From the human T2T-CHM13v2.0 reference genome, Homo sapiens, in the NCBI RefSeq assembly GCF_009914755.1, contig NC_060930.1: a stretch of DNA of 64,000 bases, one strand, 5' to 3'. Below, in pieces: positions 15,801-44,165 of this stretch (within the stretch, counting starts at the first letter, position 1; every line of letters starts with the position of its first letter). The notes below the pieces were generated by a model. That model was not told where the DNA came from and ran no database searches. It was given only the letters and a program-made list of their open reading frames with translations. The position numbers and the translations under genes were made by a program.

Positions 15801-17335
15801 AACTTTTTAATTACCATTTCAATCTTGCCACTTATTATTGGTCTGTTCAGAGTTTCTATTTCTTCCTGGTTTAATCTAGGAGGGTTGTACATTTTCAAAA
15901 ATTTGACCATATTTTCTAAGTTTTCTAGTTTGTGTACGTAAAGGCGTTCATAGTGGCCTTGAATAAATTTTTGTATTTCTGTGGTATCGGTTGCAATATC
16001 TCTTGTTTCATTCCTAATTGAGCTTATTTGGATATTCTCTCCTTTTTTTCTTGGTTAACTTTGCCAGTGGTCTATCAATTTTGTTTATCTTTTCAAAGAA
16101 ACAGCTTTTTGTTTCACTTATCTTTTGTATTTTCATTTTGTTTCAATTTCATTTAGTTCTGCTCTGATCTTTATTATTTCTTTCCTTTTGTTGAGTTTGG
16201 GTTTGGTTTGTTCTTGCTTCTGTTATACCTTGATGTGTGACCTTAGATTGTCTGTTTGTGTTCTTTCAAACTTTTTGAAGTAGGCATTCAATGCTATGAA
16301 CTTTCTTCTTAGCACCACTTTTGCTGTATCCCCGAGGTTTTGATAGGTTGTGTCACTACTGTCATTCAGTTCAAAGATTTTTAAATTTCCATCTTGATTT
16401 CATTGTTGACTTAATGATCATTCAGGAGAAGTTATTTAATTTTCATGTATTTGCATGGTTATAAGGCTTCCTTTTGGAGTTGATTTCTAATTTTATTCCA
16501 CTGTGATCTGAGAGAGTTCATATAATTTCAATTTTCTTAGATTTATTGAGACTTGTTTTGTGTCCTGTCATATGGTCTATCTTGGAGAATGTTTCATATG
16601 CAGAATAATAGAATGTATATTCTGCAGTTGTTGGGTAGAATGTTCTGTAAATATCTGTTAAGACCATTTGTTCTAGGGTGTAGTTTATGTACATTGTTTC
16701 TTTGTTGACTTTCTCTCTTGATGACCTGTCTAGTGCTAGTGGAGTACTGAAGTCCCCAGTATTATTGTGTTGCTATGTATCTCATTTCTTAGGTCTAGTA
16801 GCAATTGTTTTTATAAATTTGGGAGCTCCAGTGTTTGTTAGGTGCATATATATTTAGGACAGATATTTTCCTGTTGGACTAGTCCTTTTGCCATTATATA
16901 ATGTTTCTCTTTGTCTTTTTTAACTCTTGTTGCTTTAAAGTCTGTTTTGTCTGATATAAGAATAGTTACTCCCACTCGCTTTTGGCGTCCATTCACATGG
17001 TATATCTTTTCCACCTCTTTACCTTAAGTTTGTGTGAGTCCTTATGTGTTAGGTGAATCTCTTGAAGACAGCAGATACTTGGTTGGTGAATTCTTATCCA
17101 TTCTTCCATGCTGTATCATTTAAGAGGACCATTAAGCCACTTACATTCAATGTTAGCATTGAGATGTGAGGTACTATTCTATTCATTGTGCTAGTTGTTG
17201 CCTGAATATCTTTTTTTAATTGTGTTATTGTTTTGTAGATCCTGTGAGATTTATGCTTTAAGGAAGTTCTATTTTGGTATATTTCAAGGATTTGCTTCAA
17301 GATTTAGAGCTCCTCTGAGCAGTTATTGAAGTGCT
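12837..17335 (-). mobile_element. L1PB1-like LINE-1, 5'-truncated at the end of ORF1
   Basis: L1PB-type 3'UTR (ataagttctttagtggtgatttc) and ORF2 remnants (13562-13996, 15469-15762). TSD caagcccccattctttct (12819-12836) / catgcccccatctttct (17336-17352). Confidence 0.93.
14292..14673. repeat. 191-bp tandem duplication inside the L1PB1
   Basis: Copies at 14292-14482 and 14483-14673, with 6 substitutions between them by eye. Confidence 0.97.
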
Positions 17336-17824
17336 CATGCCCCCATCTTTCTGTAACCTTGAGGTGATATATAAGTTTCTGTACCCCACTGGAGGGGTTG
17401 GGTCTTTATTCTGAAGGCTCCCATGTATACATGTTAAATAAATTCGTATGCCTTTTCTCCCATAAATCTAATTTTTGTGAGCTCATTTTTCAGTGAACCT
17501 TCAGAGGGCCAAGGTGAATATTCTCTTTGGTCCTTATACCTTTTTAACTGCTCTTCCTGTCATTTGATAAATAATGCAGGAGAGCTTGCTCTTTGCTTTC
17601 CTATTTACCAATCGTGAGAGAAACATCATCTCTTTAAGACGTGTAGTCCAAAGTGTGCACTGATCCTCATATTCTGCTCTAACCTATGGCAAAGCTCCCA
17701 CAGAACAATTTCTATTTTGCCAGCATCCAATCAGGTGTGAGAATGTACTGTAGAGGAAAGTTGTTGAGCATGGTGGAAGACACTTTATGGAAATGTAAAC
17801 AGTTTGCAAAAACAGTTATAAGTG

Positions 17825-17930
17825 GTGCTTACTTTGGCAATACATATAATAAAATTGGAATGATACGGGGTGGATTAAAATGGCCCTTGTATAAGAATGA
17901 CATGGAAACTCATAAAGAGTTCCATATTTT
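17825..17930 (+). pseudogene. RNU6: Full-length U6 snRNA retropseudogene (5' part of a U6/L1 chimera)
   Basis: Ungapped 106-nt match to U6 (gtgcttactttggcaatacatat...gttccatatttt), about 82/106 identical by manual count. The ACAGAGA box reads acggggt and the AGC triad reads aaa, so it is non-functional. Confidence 0.95.
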
Positions 17931-19353
17931 TACATAGAGACAAAACCTATGACTCACTGGCATCCCTGAAAGAGTAAGAGAGAGCAAGCAATGTGGAAAA
18001 CATATTTGAAGATATAGTCCATGAAATTTTCCCCAATCTTGCCAGAGAGGTTGACATTAAAATTCAGAGAATTTAGAAAACCCCTACAAGATATTATACA
18101 ATGCAACAATCCCTGAAGCACATAGTTATCAGATTCTCCAAGGTCTGCAATAAAGAAAAAATATTAAAGGCAGCTAGACAGAAGGGAAGGTCACCAGCAA
18201 AGGGAACCTCATCAGGCTAACAGTAGAGCTTTCAGCAGAAATCCTACAAGCCAGAAGAGATTGGAGGCCTATAATTAGTATACTTAAAGAAAAGAAATTA
18301 AAAACAAAAATTTTATATTCAACCATCTAAATGTCATAATCAAAGGAGGATAAAATTCTTTCAGGCAAGCAAATGCTAAGGGAATTTGTTACCATCGGGC
18401 CTGACCTGCCTTACATGAGGTCCTTAAGGGAATGCTAAACATGAAAATGAAAGACCATTACCAGACACCACAAAAACACACTTAGGCACGTAGACCATTG
18501 ACAGTATAAAGCAACTACACAATCAAGTCTATATAGCAACCAGCTAACAACATGATGATAGGATCTAATTCACATGTATCAATATTAACCTTGAATGTAA
18601 ATGGGCTAAAAGCCCCCACTTAAAAGTCTCAGAGTGGCAAGTTGGACAAAGAAGCAAGACCCAAACATATGCTGTCTACAAGAGAGACCCATCTCACAAG
18701 CAATGAAAGCTTTAGGCTCAAAGTAAAAGGATAGAGAAAGATTTATCAAGCAAATGGAAAACAGAAAAAAGCAGGACTTGCTATTTTTATTTCAGATGAA
18801 ACAGACTTTAAACCAACAAGGATAAAAAAGAACAAATAAGGATATTACTTAATGATAAAGGTTCAATTCAACAAGAAGCCTTCATTATCCTAAATATATA
18901 TTCCCAACACTGGAGCACCCAGACTCATAAAACAAGTTCTTAGAGAACTACAAAGAGACTTAGATGAACAACAATAACAGTGAAAGCCTTCGGTACCCCA
19001 CTGAAAGTATTAGACAGATCATAAGGTAAAAAAGTCACAAAGATATTTAAGATCTAAACTTGACACTTGAGCAAATAGGCCTAACAGAAATCTACAGAAC
19101 TGTCCACTCAACAGGAGAATATACATTCTTCTCATCTGCACATGGCACATACACTAAAATTGACCACACAGTCAGCCATAAAACGACTCTCATCAAATGC
19201 AAAAAACCAAAATCATAGCCACCACACTCTTAGATTGCAGCACAATAAAAATGGAAACCAATACCAAGAAGATCTCTCAAAGCCATATAATTACAAAGAA
19301 GTCAAATGATCTGCTCCTGAATGACATTTGGGTAAACAATGAGATTAAGATAG

Positions 19354-19729
19354 TGATATGGTTTGGATCTCTGTCCCTACCTAAATCTCATCATGAATTT
19401 TACCCCCATAATTCCTATGTGTTGTGGGAGGGACCTTGTGGGAGATAATTGAATCATGGGGGCGGTTTCCTCCCCATACTGCTCTCATAGTAGTGAATAA
19501 GTCTCATGAGATCTGATGGTTTTATCAGGATTTCCACTTTTGCATCTTCCTCATTCTCTCTTTGCCTGCTGCAATCCATATAAGATGGCACTTGGTCCTC
19601 CTTGCCTTTTGCCATGATTGTGAGACTTCCCCAGCCACATGGAACTGTAAGTCCAATTAAACCTCTTTTTTTGTAAATTGCCCAGTCTTGGGTATGTCTT
19701 TATCATCGGCATGAAAATTGCCTAATACA
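19354..19729 (+). mobile_element. THE1 (THE1B-like) solo LTR
   Basis: Termini tgatatggtttgg...ctaataca. Host L1 sequence continues on both sides, with degenerate TSD gatag/ggcag. Confidence 0.93.
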
Positions 19730-22484
19730 GGCAGAAAGTAAGAGATTCTTTGAAACTAATGAAAACAAAGATACAACATACCAGAATCTCTGAGTCATGG
19801 CTAAAGCAGTATTAAGAGGAACGTTTATAGTGCTAAACACCCACATCAAAAAGTTGGAAAGAGCTCAAATTAACATACCTAGAGGAAATAGAAAAACAAG
19901 AGCAAAGCAATCCTACAGCTAGCAGAAGACAAGAAATAACCAAAATCAGAGCTGAACTGAATGAAATGGAGATGAGAAAAACCATACAAGAAAATCAATG
20001 AAACCAAAAGTTAGTTCTGTGAAAGACTAACTAAAATTAATAGGCTGCTGGATGGACTGATAAAGGAAAAAAAGAGAAGATCAATATAAACCCAATCAGA
20101 AATGACAAAAGGAACACTACCCCCAACCCCACAGAAATACAAAAAAGAAAACCCATCTATTACAAACACGTCTATGCACACAAACTAGAAAACCTAGAAG
20201 ATTATGAATAAATTCCTGGAAACATACAGTCTTCCAAGATCGAACCAGGAAGAAATCAAAACCCTAAACAGACCAATAATGAGCTCCCAAATTTAATCAG
20301 TAATAGTAATTTTTCAAACAGACAAAGCCCATCAACCAGACAGATTCACAGTTAAATTCTATTAGACATATAAAGAAGAGCTGGTACCAATCCTACTAAA
20401 ACTATTCCAAAAAATTGAAGAGAAAGGACTCCTCCCTAACTCATTCTATGAAGCCAGCATCATTCTGATACTAAAACCTGGAAGTGACAAAACAAAAAAA
20501 GAAAATGACAGCAAATATCCCTGATGAACATAGATGCAAAAATTATCAACAAAGTACTAGCAAACCAAACCTGGCAGCACATCAAAAAGTTAAACTACGA
20601 TGATCAAATAGGCTTTATTCCTGGGATATGAGGTTGGTTTAACATATGCAAATCAACAAATGTGATTCATCACATAAACAGAGCTAAAAAAAAAAAAGAA
20701 GATCATCTCAATAGACACAGCAAAGGCTTTCAGTGAAATTTAACATCTCTTCACATTAAAAACCCTGAAGAAACTGGGCATTAAGGGACTATACCTCAAA
20801 ATGATATGAGCCATCTATGACAAACCCACAACCAACATCATACTGAATAGGCAAAAGCTGGAAGCATTTATTTCTTTTGACAACTGGAACAAGACAAGGA
20901 TTCCCACTCTTGCCACTCCTATTCAACATAGTTTTGGAAGTGCTAACAAGAGCAATCAGCAAGAGAAAGAAATAAAAGACATCCAAATAGAAAGAGAGGA
21001 AGTAAAACTATTTCTCTTCACAGATGATATGATCTTGTACCTAGAAAACCCCATAGTCTTCTCCCAAAGGTTCCTATATTGGATAAACAACTTTAGCAAA
21101 GTTTTTGAATACAAAATCAATGTTGAAAAATCAGTAGTATTTTAATACACCAGTGCTGCCAATGAGAGCCAAATAAAGAACAAAACCCCATTTATAGTAG
21201 CCACAAAAAGAATAAAATACCTAAGAATACAGCTAACCAGGGAGGTGAAAGATGTCTACAAACAGAACTACAAAATGCTGCTAAAAGAAATCAGAGCTGA
21301 CACAAACAAATGAAAAAACATTTTATGCTAATGAATTGGAAAAATCAGTATCATTAAAATGGCTATACTTCCCAAAGCAACTTACAGATTCAATACTATT
21401 TCTATCTAACTACCAATTACACTATTCACAGAATTTGAAAAAAAATTTCTAAAATTCATATGGAACCAAAAAAGAGCCCAAATAGCCAAAACAATCCTAA
21501 GAAAAAGAACAAAACCAGAGGCATCACATTAGCTGACTTCAAACTATACTACAAGGCTACAGTGGCCAAAACAGCATGGTACTAATACAAAAACAGACAC
21601 ATAGACAAATGGAACAGAATACAGAAACCAGAAGTAAAGCCACACACCTATAACCATCTGATCTTCAACAAAGCTGACAATAACAAGCAATGGGGAAAAG
21701 ACTCCTTATTCAATAAATGATGCTAGGATAACTGGCTAGCCATATGCAGAAGATTGAAACTGGACTTATTCCTTTGTACTATATACAGAAGTCAAGACAA
21801 ATGAAAGACTTAAGTGGAAAAACCTAAAACTATAAAAATTCCAGGAGAAAACCTAGAAAATACCATCCTCAATATCAGCCTTGGCAAAGATTTTGTAATG
21901 AAGACTCTAAAAGCAAATGCAACAAAACAAAAATTGACAAGTGGGGCTTACTTAAAATAAAAAACTGCACAGAAAAAGAAACAATCAATACAGTAAACAG
22001 GGAACCTACAGAATAGGAGAAAATATTTGCAAACTATGCAACCAACAAAGGTCTAGTATCCAGAATCTATAATGAACTTGAATCAACAAGCAAAAAACAA
22101 ACAACCTTGTTTTAAAATGGGCGAAGGACATGAACAGACACTTTTTTAAAAAAGACATACATGTGGCCAACAAACATATGAAAAAATGCTCCACGTTACA
22201 AATCATCAGAGAAATGCAAATCAAAACCACAATGAGATAGCATCTCATGGTAATCAGAATGGCTATTACTAAAAATTTTAAAAATAACAGATGTTGGTGA
22301 AGTTGTGGAGAAAGTGGAATGCTTATATACTGTGGGTGGGAATGTAAATTAGTTCAGCCACTGTTGAAAGCAGTTTTGAGATTGTTCAAATAACTTAAAA
22401 TGGAAGTATCATTTGACCTAACAATCCCATTACTGGGTATATAACAAAAAGAATATAAATTGTTTTACCATAAAGACACATGCA

Positions 22485-28535
<6,051 letters not shown>

Positions 28536-28854
28536 AAAGACACACATGCACCTATATGTTAATCATAGCACTATGCACAATAGCAAAGACAAGGAATCAA
28601 CTTAGACGCCCATCAGTGGTGAGCTTGATGAAGAAATGTGGTATATATACAACATGGAATAGTTTCACTCTAAAAAATGAAATCATGCCCTTTGCAGCCA
28701 CGTGGATGGAACTTTAGGCCATTATTCAAAGTGACTTAATGCAGGGACAGAAAATCAAATACCACTTCTTCACTTTCAAGTGGAAGCTAAACATTGAGGA
28801 TACTAGGACACAAGGAAGGGAACAATAGACACTGGGGCACACTTGAGTGTTCAG

Positions 28855-29075
28855 GTAGCCATTATTGAATTTTCTAGAATAATCATGTCTAAGCATTTAC
28901 TTATTGAAACACACATTATTTTTCTATAAATTACTTTTCATTTCTTCTTTATATTACAGTTATTACATTAAAGTGTCTTGGTTGGTAGCATTATATATGA
29001 ATTTCATTTCAAGATGTTTAAGAGGAAGTGAATAAATATTTGTAACAGAGAGTGTGTTGGATTGAGAACTATTGA
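28855..29075. mobile_element. hAT-Charlie-like DNA transposon end fragment
   Basis: Similar to 44650-44850 in this window (ttatattacagtt, tatgaatttcatttcaag, end ttgagaactattg). Exact family uncertain. Confidence 0.55.
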
Positions 29076-29077
29076 TT

Positions 29078-29232
29078 TATCCTCACGACAGCCCCTTGAT
29101 GCAGATAATTATAGTTTTCTCCATGTTCAGATCAGGAAACAAGCGACTAGCTCAGGTCGCATAGCTGGTAAGCTAGGGAGCCAGGGTCTGGATTGAACAT
29201 TGTGGATCTTAGAGCTACACTCTTAACACTGT
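29078..29232 (-). mobile_element. MIR fragment
   Basis: atcctcacgacagccc...cagatcaggaaac...aggtcgcatagctggtaag...ctcttaacac. Confidence 0.7.
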
Positions 29233-30823
29233 TTTTCTTCTTCCTATCAGAGGAGGCCATTAGAAACATCAGGCAAAACAAGGACAGAATTCTAGTCATG
29301 TCTTAAGAGTTAGGGAGTGAATAGTTTTAAAAATGCAGATCCATGCAGAATTGCCATGCAGAGTGGCTTGTACCAGGACTACCAAGGGAGACTGAGAGAC
29401 TTGCTGGCTGTCCCCATGGGTTCCAAGTAAAGGCAAGATGGCCTCCTGATGCTCATTCTGAGTACATAGAAAGAGTAGAGCTGAGAAGACTGTCAAGGCT
29501 AGTTTCCCCAGGGTTGCATGGTCTCCTCATTTCCCCCAGGAAACAAAGGATGAATCACTCACTGATAGTTTAGAACACATAGCGGTGTGCCTGCCACACC
29601 CCTACTGGAATCTATAATATTACTCAGTAATACATTCAGCATTTAGTTTTTATTAAGCATGTAGCATCATGGCCCTGTGTAAGGTTAAATAAAAGCTTTG
29701 ACTAAATTCTTTCATAATTCCTTAAGCATGCGTTTGAAAATCACATCAGCAAATAGCCTTGGTTTTTCTTCCAGTCTGAGTTTATCCACAGATATTTCCA
29801 TATGTTAATATTACATACTGAATTTCTTCTTCATTGGTTGTGAGTGTCTCATAAATATAGATTGCTGTATCTTGAAAATGAAGAGATGTTTTCATGTGGG
29901 AATACATACACTTTTAACAACACTATTTCAGAGTGGTCCAAAAATGCTCAACGTGGCCTTTGCCGATGAAGAATAAATAGATAAATTTAAAAATGTCCCT
30001 GTCTGGATTTTTAAAATGTGAATCTGAATTGCCCTGCTTAACTTTTCATTTTTCCAGGAGATAAGATCATGATGAGCACAGCTCTAATGAGCTGGAAACT
30101 TCTTCCTCAGCTACTGTTTTGACAGGTTGTTTAACTTGGAGAGACTCTTATTGAGGTTAAATAGAAGAGACACAGAATCCAGATAAATCTGTAGGTTAGT
30201 ATATTAAAATGTACCTGCTTCTCTTGTTTTAAAGTAACTGCTCTGGCAGTTCTTGGCCTATTTGTTGAGAAATCAGTCCAGAATGACTTAGACAGGAGGC
30301 AGTGGCATGCACACTTAAACTGGCTGCTCTTGCCCCAAAAACTTCATCAAAAATTTATCATTGGTTTATTACTGTGAACTCAACATGCTATAATTATCCT
30401 CTTAATGCATTCAACTTTCAGGTATATTAAAAACCATGAAATATACACAGATGCTAAATACAAAACATTTTTATATATCTGTAGGATTAAAAAAGAGAGA
30501 AAAAGATAGAAATGGATTTCAAATTGAGGCAGCATGGTAGTGACAACCTTATTCGAGGTTTTCAATTTTTTAATTTTTAATTTTTTTTTTCTCTCTTTGT
30601 CTCTCTCTCTTTTTTTTTATTATACTTTAAGTTTTAGGGTACATGTGCACATTGTGCAGGTTAGTTACATATGTATACATGTGCCATGCTGGTGCGCTGC
30701 ACCCACTAACTCATCATCTAGCATTAGGTATATCTCCCAATGCTTTCCCTCCCCCCTCCCCCCAACCCACAACAGTCCGCAGAGTGTGATATTCCCCTTC
30801 CTGTGTCCATGTGATCACATTGT

Positions 30824-34647
<3,824 letters not shown>

Positions 34648-34710
34648 TATGATGTTAGCTGGTTATTTTGCTTGTTAGTTGATGCAGTTTCTTCCTAGTC
34701 TCGATGGTCT

Positions 34711-35727
34711 TTACATTTTGGCATGATTTTGCAGCGGCTGGTATCGGTTGTTCCTTTCCATGTTTAGTGCTTCCTTCAGGAGCTCTTGTAAGGCAGGCCT
34801 GGTGGTGACAAAATCTCTCAGCATTTGCTTGTCTGTAAAGGATTTTATTTCTCCTTCAGTTATGAAGCTTAGTTTGGCTAGATATGAAATTCTGGGTTGA
34901 AAATTCTTTTCTTTAAGATTGTTGAATATTGGCCCCCACTCTCTTCTGGCTTGTAGGGTTTCTGCCGAGAGATCCACTGTTAGTCTGATGGGCTTCCCTT
35001 TGAGGGTAACCCGACCTTTCTCTCTGGCTGCCCTTAACATTTTTTCCTTCATTTCAACTTTGGTGAATCTGACAATTATGTGTCTTGGAGTTGCTCTTCT
35101 CGAGGAGTATCTTTGTGGCGTTCTCTGTATCTCCTGAATCTGAACGTTGGCCTGCCTTGCTAGATTGGGGAAGTTCTCCTGGATAATATCTTGCAGAGTG
35201 TTTTCCAACTTGGTTCCTTTCTCCCCATCACTTTCAGGTACACCAATCAGACGTAGATTTGGTCTTTTCACATAGTCCCATACTTCTTGGAGGCTTTGCT
35301 CATTTCTTTTTATTCTTTTTTCTCTAAACTTCCCTTCTCACTTCATTTCATTCATTTCATCTTCCATCGTTGATACCCTTTCTTCCAGTTGATCGCATTG
35401 GCTCCTGAGGCTTCTGCATTCTTCACGTAGTTCTCGAGCCTTGGTTTTCAGCTCCATCAGCTCCTTTAAGCACTTATCTGTATTGGTTATTCTGGTTATA
35501 CATTCTTCTAAATTTTTTTCAAAGTTTTCAACTTCTTTGCCTTTGGTTTGAATGTCCTCCCGTAGCTCAGAGTAATTGGATGGTGTGAAGCCTTCTTCTC
35601 TCAGCTCTTCAAAGTCATTCTCCATCCAGCTTTGTTCCGTTGCTGGTGAGGAACTGCATTCCTTTGGAGGCGGAGAGGCGCTCTGCTTTTTAGAGTTTCC
35701 AGTTTTTCAGTTCTGTTTTTTCCCCAT
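34711..35727 (-). pseudogene. L1 ORF1 (RNA-binding protein), disrupted
   Basis: ATG at 35727 (MGKKQN, then TGA) and a second stop at 35338-35340. Otherwise the ORF1p coiled coil, RRM and CTD are present, ending QNHAKM. Confidence 0.95.
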
Positions 35728-36632
35728 CTTTGTGGTTTTATCTACTTTTGGTCTTTGATGATGGTGATGTACAGATGGGTTTTTGGTGTGGATGTCCTTT
35801 CTGTTTGTTAGTTTTCCTTCTAACAGAGAGGACCCTCAGCTGCAGGTCTGTTGGAATACCCTGCCGTGTGAGATGTCAGTGTGCCTCTGCTGGGGGGTGC
35901 CTCCCAGTTAGGCTGCTCAGGGGTCAGAGGTCAGGGACCCACTTGAGGAGGCAGTCTGCCTGTTCTCAGATCTCCAGCTGCATGCTGGGAGAACCACTGC
36001 TCTCTTCAAAGCTGTCGACAGGGACATTTAAGTCTGCAGAGGTTACTGCTGTCTTTTTGTTTGTCTGTGCCCTGCCCCCAGAGGTGGAGCCCACAGAGAC
36101 AGGCAGGCCTCCTTGAGATGTTGTGGGCTCCACCCAGTTCGAGCTTCCCAGCTGCTTTGTTTACCTAATCAAGCCTGGGCAATGGCGGGAGCCCCTCCCC
36201 CAGCTTCGATGCCGCCTTGCAGTTTGATCTCAGACTGCTGTGCTAGCAATCAGTGAGACTCCGTGGGTGTAGGACCCTCCGAGCCAGGTGCGGGTTATAA
36301 TCTCGTGGTGCGCCATTTTTTAAGCCCGTCGGAAAAGCGCAGTATTGGGGTGGGAGTGACCCGATTTTCCAGGTGCCGTCCATCACCCCTTTCTTTGACT
36401 CAGAAAGGGAACTCCCTGACCCCTTGTGCTTCCCAAGTGAGGCAATGCCTGGCCCTGCTTCGGCTCGCGCATGGTGCACGCACCCACTGACCTGCGCCCA
36501 CTGTCTGGCACTCCCTAGTGCGATGAACCCGGTACCTCAGATGGAAATGCAGAAATCACCCATCTTCTGCGTCGCTCACGCTGGGAGCTGTAGACTGGAG
36601 CTGTTCCTATTCGGCCATCTTGGCTCCTCCCC
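35728..36632 (-). promoter_or_regulatory. L1 5'UTR internal sense promoter / antisense promoter
   Basis: YY1 site aagatggcc intact (ggccatctt at about 36613-36621). Most CpG-rich segment of the window. Activity cannot be shown from sequence. Confidence 0.7.
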
Positions 36633-36944
36633 ATTAATTTTTAATTTTTGTCTTTTGCTTATGAGCAAGGCATTTCTATTCCTTGTTTATGGTGTGTTTA
36701 GTCAGATGCTGTGCCCTGGCCTCAATCCAAAGGCTAGCAAAGGTTATTAAATTTTATGCATGAGTGATAAACATTTATCTTACTTTAAAAATGAAAGTAC
36801 TAGATCCCTCTTAAAGTCTTTTCCCAACTTACAGATGGCCCATAATTCTGATATTTCTTAAGTTAGCTATTTGGAACTTAGATATCAGTTGATAATATGA
36901 TGGTATTTGTTTTTTATAGGTTTAAGAACACCTATGATATACAC

Positions 36945-37248
36945 CAGGGGTGACCAACTTTTTCTGTGAAGGGCCAGATAGTAAGTATTTTGGGCTTTGA
37001 ATATCATACAGTGTCCATCTCATATTGCAGTGTGAAAGCAGCCATAGACAGTGCATGAACAAATGAGTATAACTGTATTCCAATATATTTACTTATGCAA
37101 TTAAAATTTTATATAATTTTCACATGTCACAAAATATTCTTTTAATTTTTCGACTATTTAAAACTGTAGAAACAATTTTAGCTCACTGGCTGTACAAAAA
37201 CAGGCGGCAAGCCATATTTGACCTCTAAGCAGTAGTTTGCAGACTCTG
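36945..37248. mobile_element. MER58B-like hAT-Charlie MITE
   Basis: caggggtgaccaactt...aagggccagatagtaa...gcagccatagaca...gtagtttgcagactctg. Confidence 0.85.
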
Positions 37249-38079
37249 GTATGTATGTATGTAACTGCATGTATGTTAAAATACGTAAGGAATTTGTGGA
37301 TTCTGCAGGAAAAAACATTTTATATTTAATTGGAAATGTCAAGAACACATCTGTTACAGAATTATCTAAGCCAAGTTGGCAGTGGACAATGAGTAGATTT
37401 TTACTGGTAGATGGAAGACCTATTATTATTTGGATATAGGTGAGGGCTGTAAGTCTCTCTCAATTCCACCTTCATATCCAGTAGATGAGTTATAGGGTAA
37501 GCAAGTCTGACACCAGATTATATGTGTTTATAAATATTAAATAGCAAGTGGCACAAACACAGTTATACCACCTGTTCTTGAAGTCTCACTCTTACACACC
37601 CCTAATACCTTGCATGAAATGTACACTAGAGGAAGATAACATTCTGCAGCCAGGATTCAGATAAACTAGGAACTGGGTGACGGAATTCTCTGTTAATGGC
37701 AAAACCAAGGAAATAAGATGGTCCTAGGCTAAGAATGCCATTCAAAGGGAGTAAGCTGCTGGGTGGCCAGATTTATACAAATGTAATTGCCAAGGTACTC
37801 ATATATCTTTCTAGCAATCTGTGTCGATTATTGCTAAATTCCCCAAATCACAATAGAACTGATGCTGTGATGAAATTGTGGATGATTCTTTTTACTCTTC
37901 TATAGTTTTCCCCCCTATAAAGTATAGCATTAATTAGAATGTCATCGAACTGTGATCCTTCTTAGTTCTTCTTTCTCTACAGCCACATCTTAATAATTTT
38001 CTTTTCATTTAAATACTGTGGAATATGTAAAACATAGCCAGAAATAAAATGGAACTCATGGCCAATCTGGTTTCAGCTA

Positions 38080-38368
38080 TATCTCCAACTTGATTTCCCC
38101 AACCCCATATAATTTTCAAGAAAATCCTATATGTTTTCATCTATAAATATTGTCATTTGTATTTCTAGGAGATATGGGCTTATTTTAAAAAACCAGAAAT
38201 CTAATATTACAAAAAATTAACAATTATTTAGTATCACCAAATAAATAGTGTTCTTATTTATAAGAGCCACTCATTCCAACTGAATAATATATCATCTACA
38301 TCTCTTTTAATCTATAATCTCTCTCCTCATCTCCTCTCTCTTTTTCTTACAATTTGATATGTGAAGAT
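38080..38368 (-). mobile_element. L1MC-like 3' fragment (continues at about 43907-43990)
   Basis: tttcatctataaatatt, aaaattaacaatt and tctcttttaatctataa. Resumes as ttcccagaatctgggttttgctgat after the inserted L1. Confidence 0.55.
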
Positions 38369-43906
<5,538 letters not shown>

Positions 43907-44165
43907 ATGAAGATACTTTTGTATTCAGACATTTTCCCAGAATCTGGGTTTTGCTGATCATACTTGATTTTGAGAATGATCCTTTATTTCTTAATATTTT
44001 CATTATAAATGCAATAGATACTTGCTGAAGGATATTTTGACTGTTCAATTTTGAGGACAGTCCTGCCACTAGATCTCTTTCAATTATTGAACTAATACTG
44101 TTGGCATCATCCCTTCTGTGTCCCAACACATATCTTCCCTCTCCCCAACCCCACATTCAAGAAAC

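Larger units (their letters stand above)
12413..17538 (+). mobile_element. ERV1 (MER34/MER4-group-like) solo LTR split by an L1; LTR halves 12413-12836 and 17336-17538
   Basis: Starts tgtagggg...taccccaaaatatg. Right half has ctgaaggctcccatgt, aataaa and ttcagtgaaccttcagaggg. 4-bp TSD cctt at 12409-12412 and 17539-17542. Confidence 0.8.

Noticed and set aside
17825-17930. Functional U6 snRNA gene
   Set aside because: The ACAGAGA box and AGC triad are mutated, divergence is about 23%, it is fused to L1, and no recognisable PSE lies upstream.
17686-17937. 83-aa ORF
   Set aside because: Chance frame running through the U6 pseudogene.
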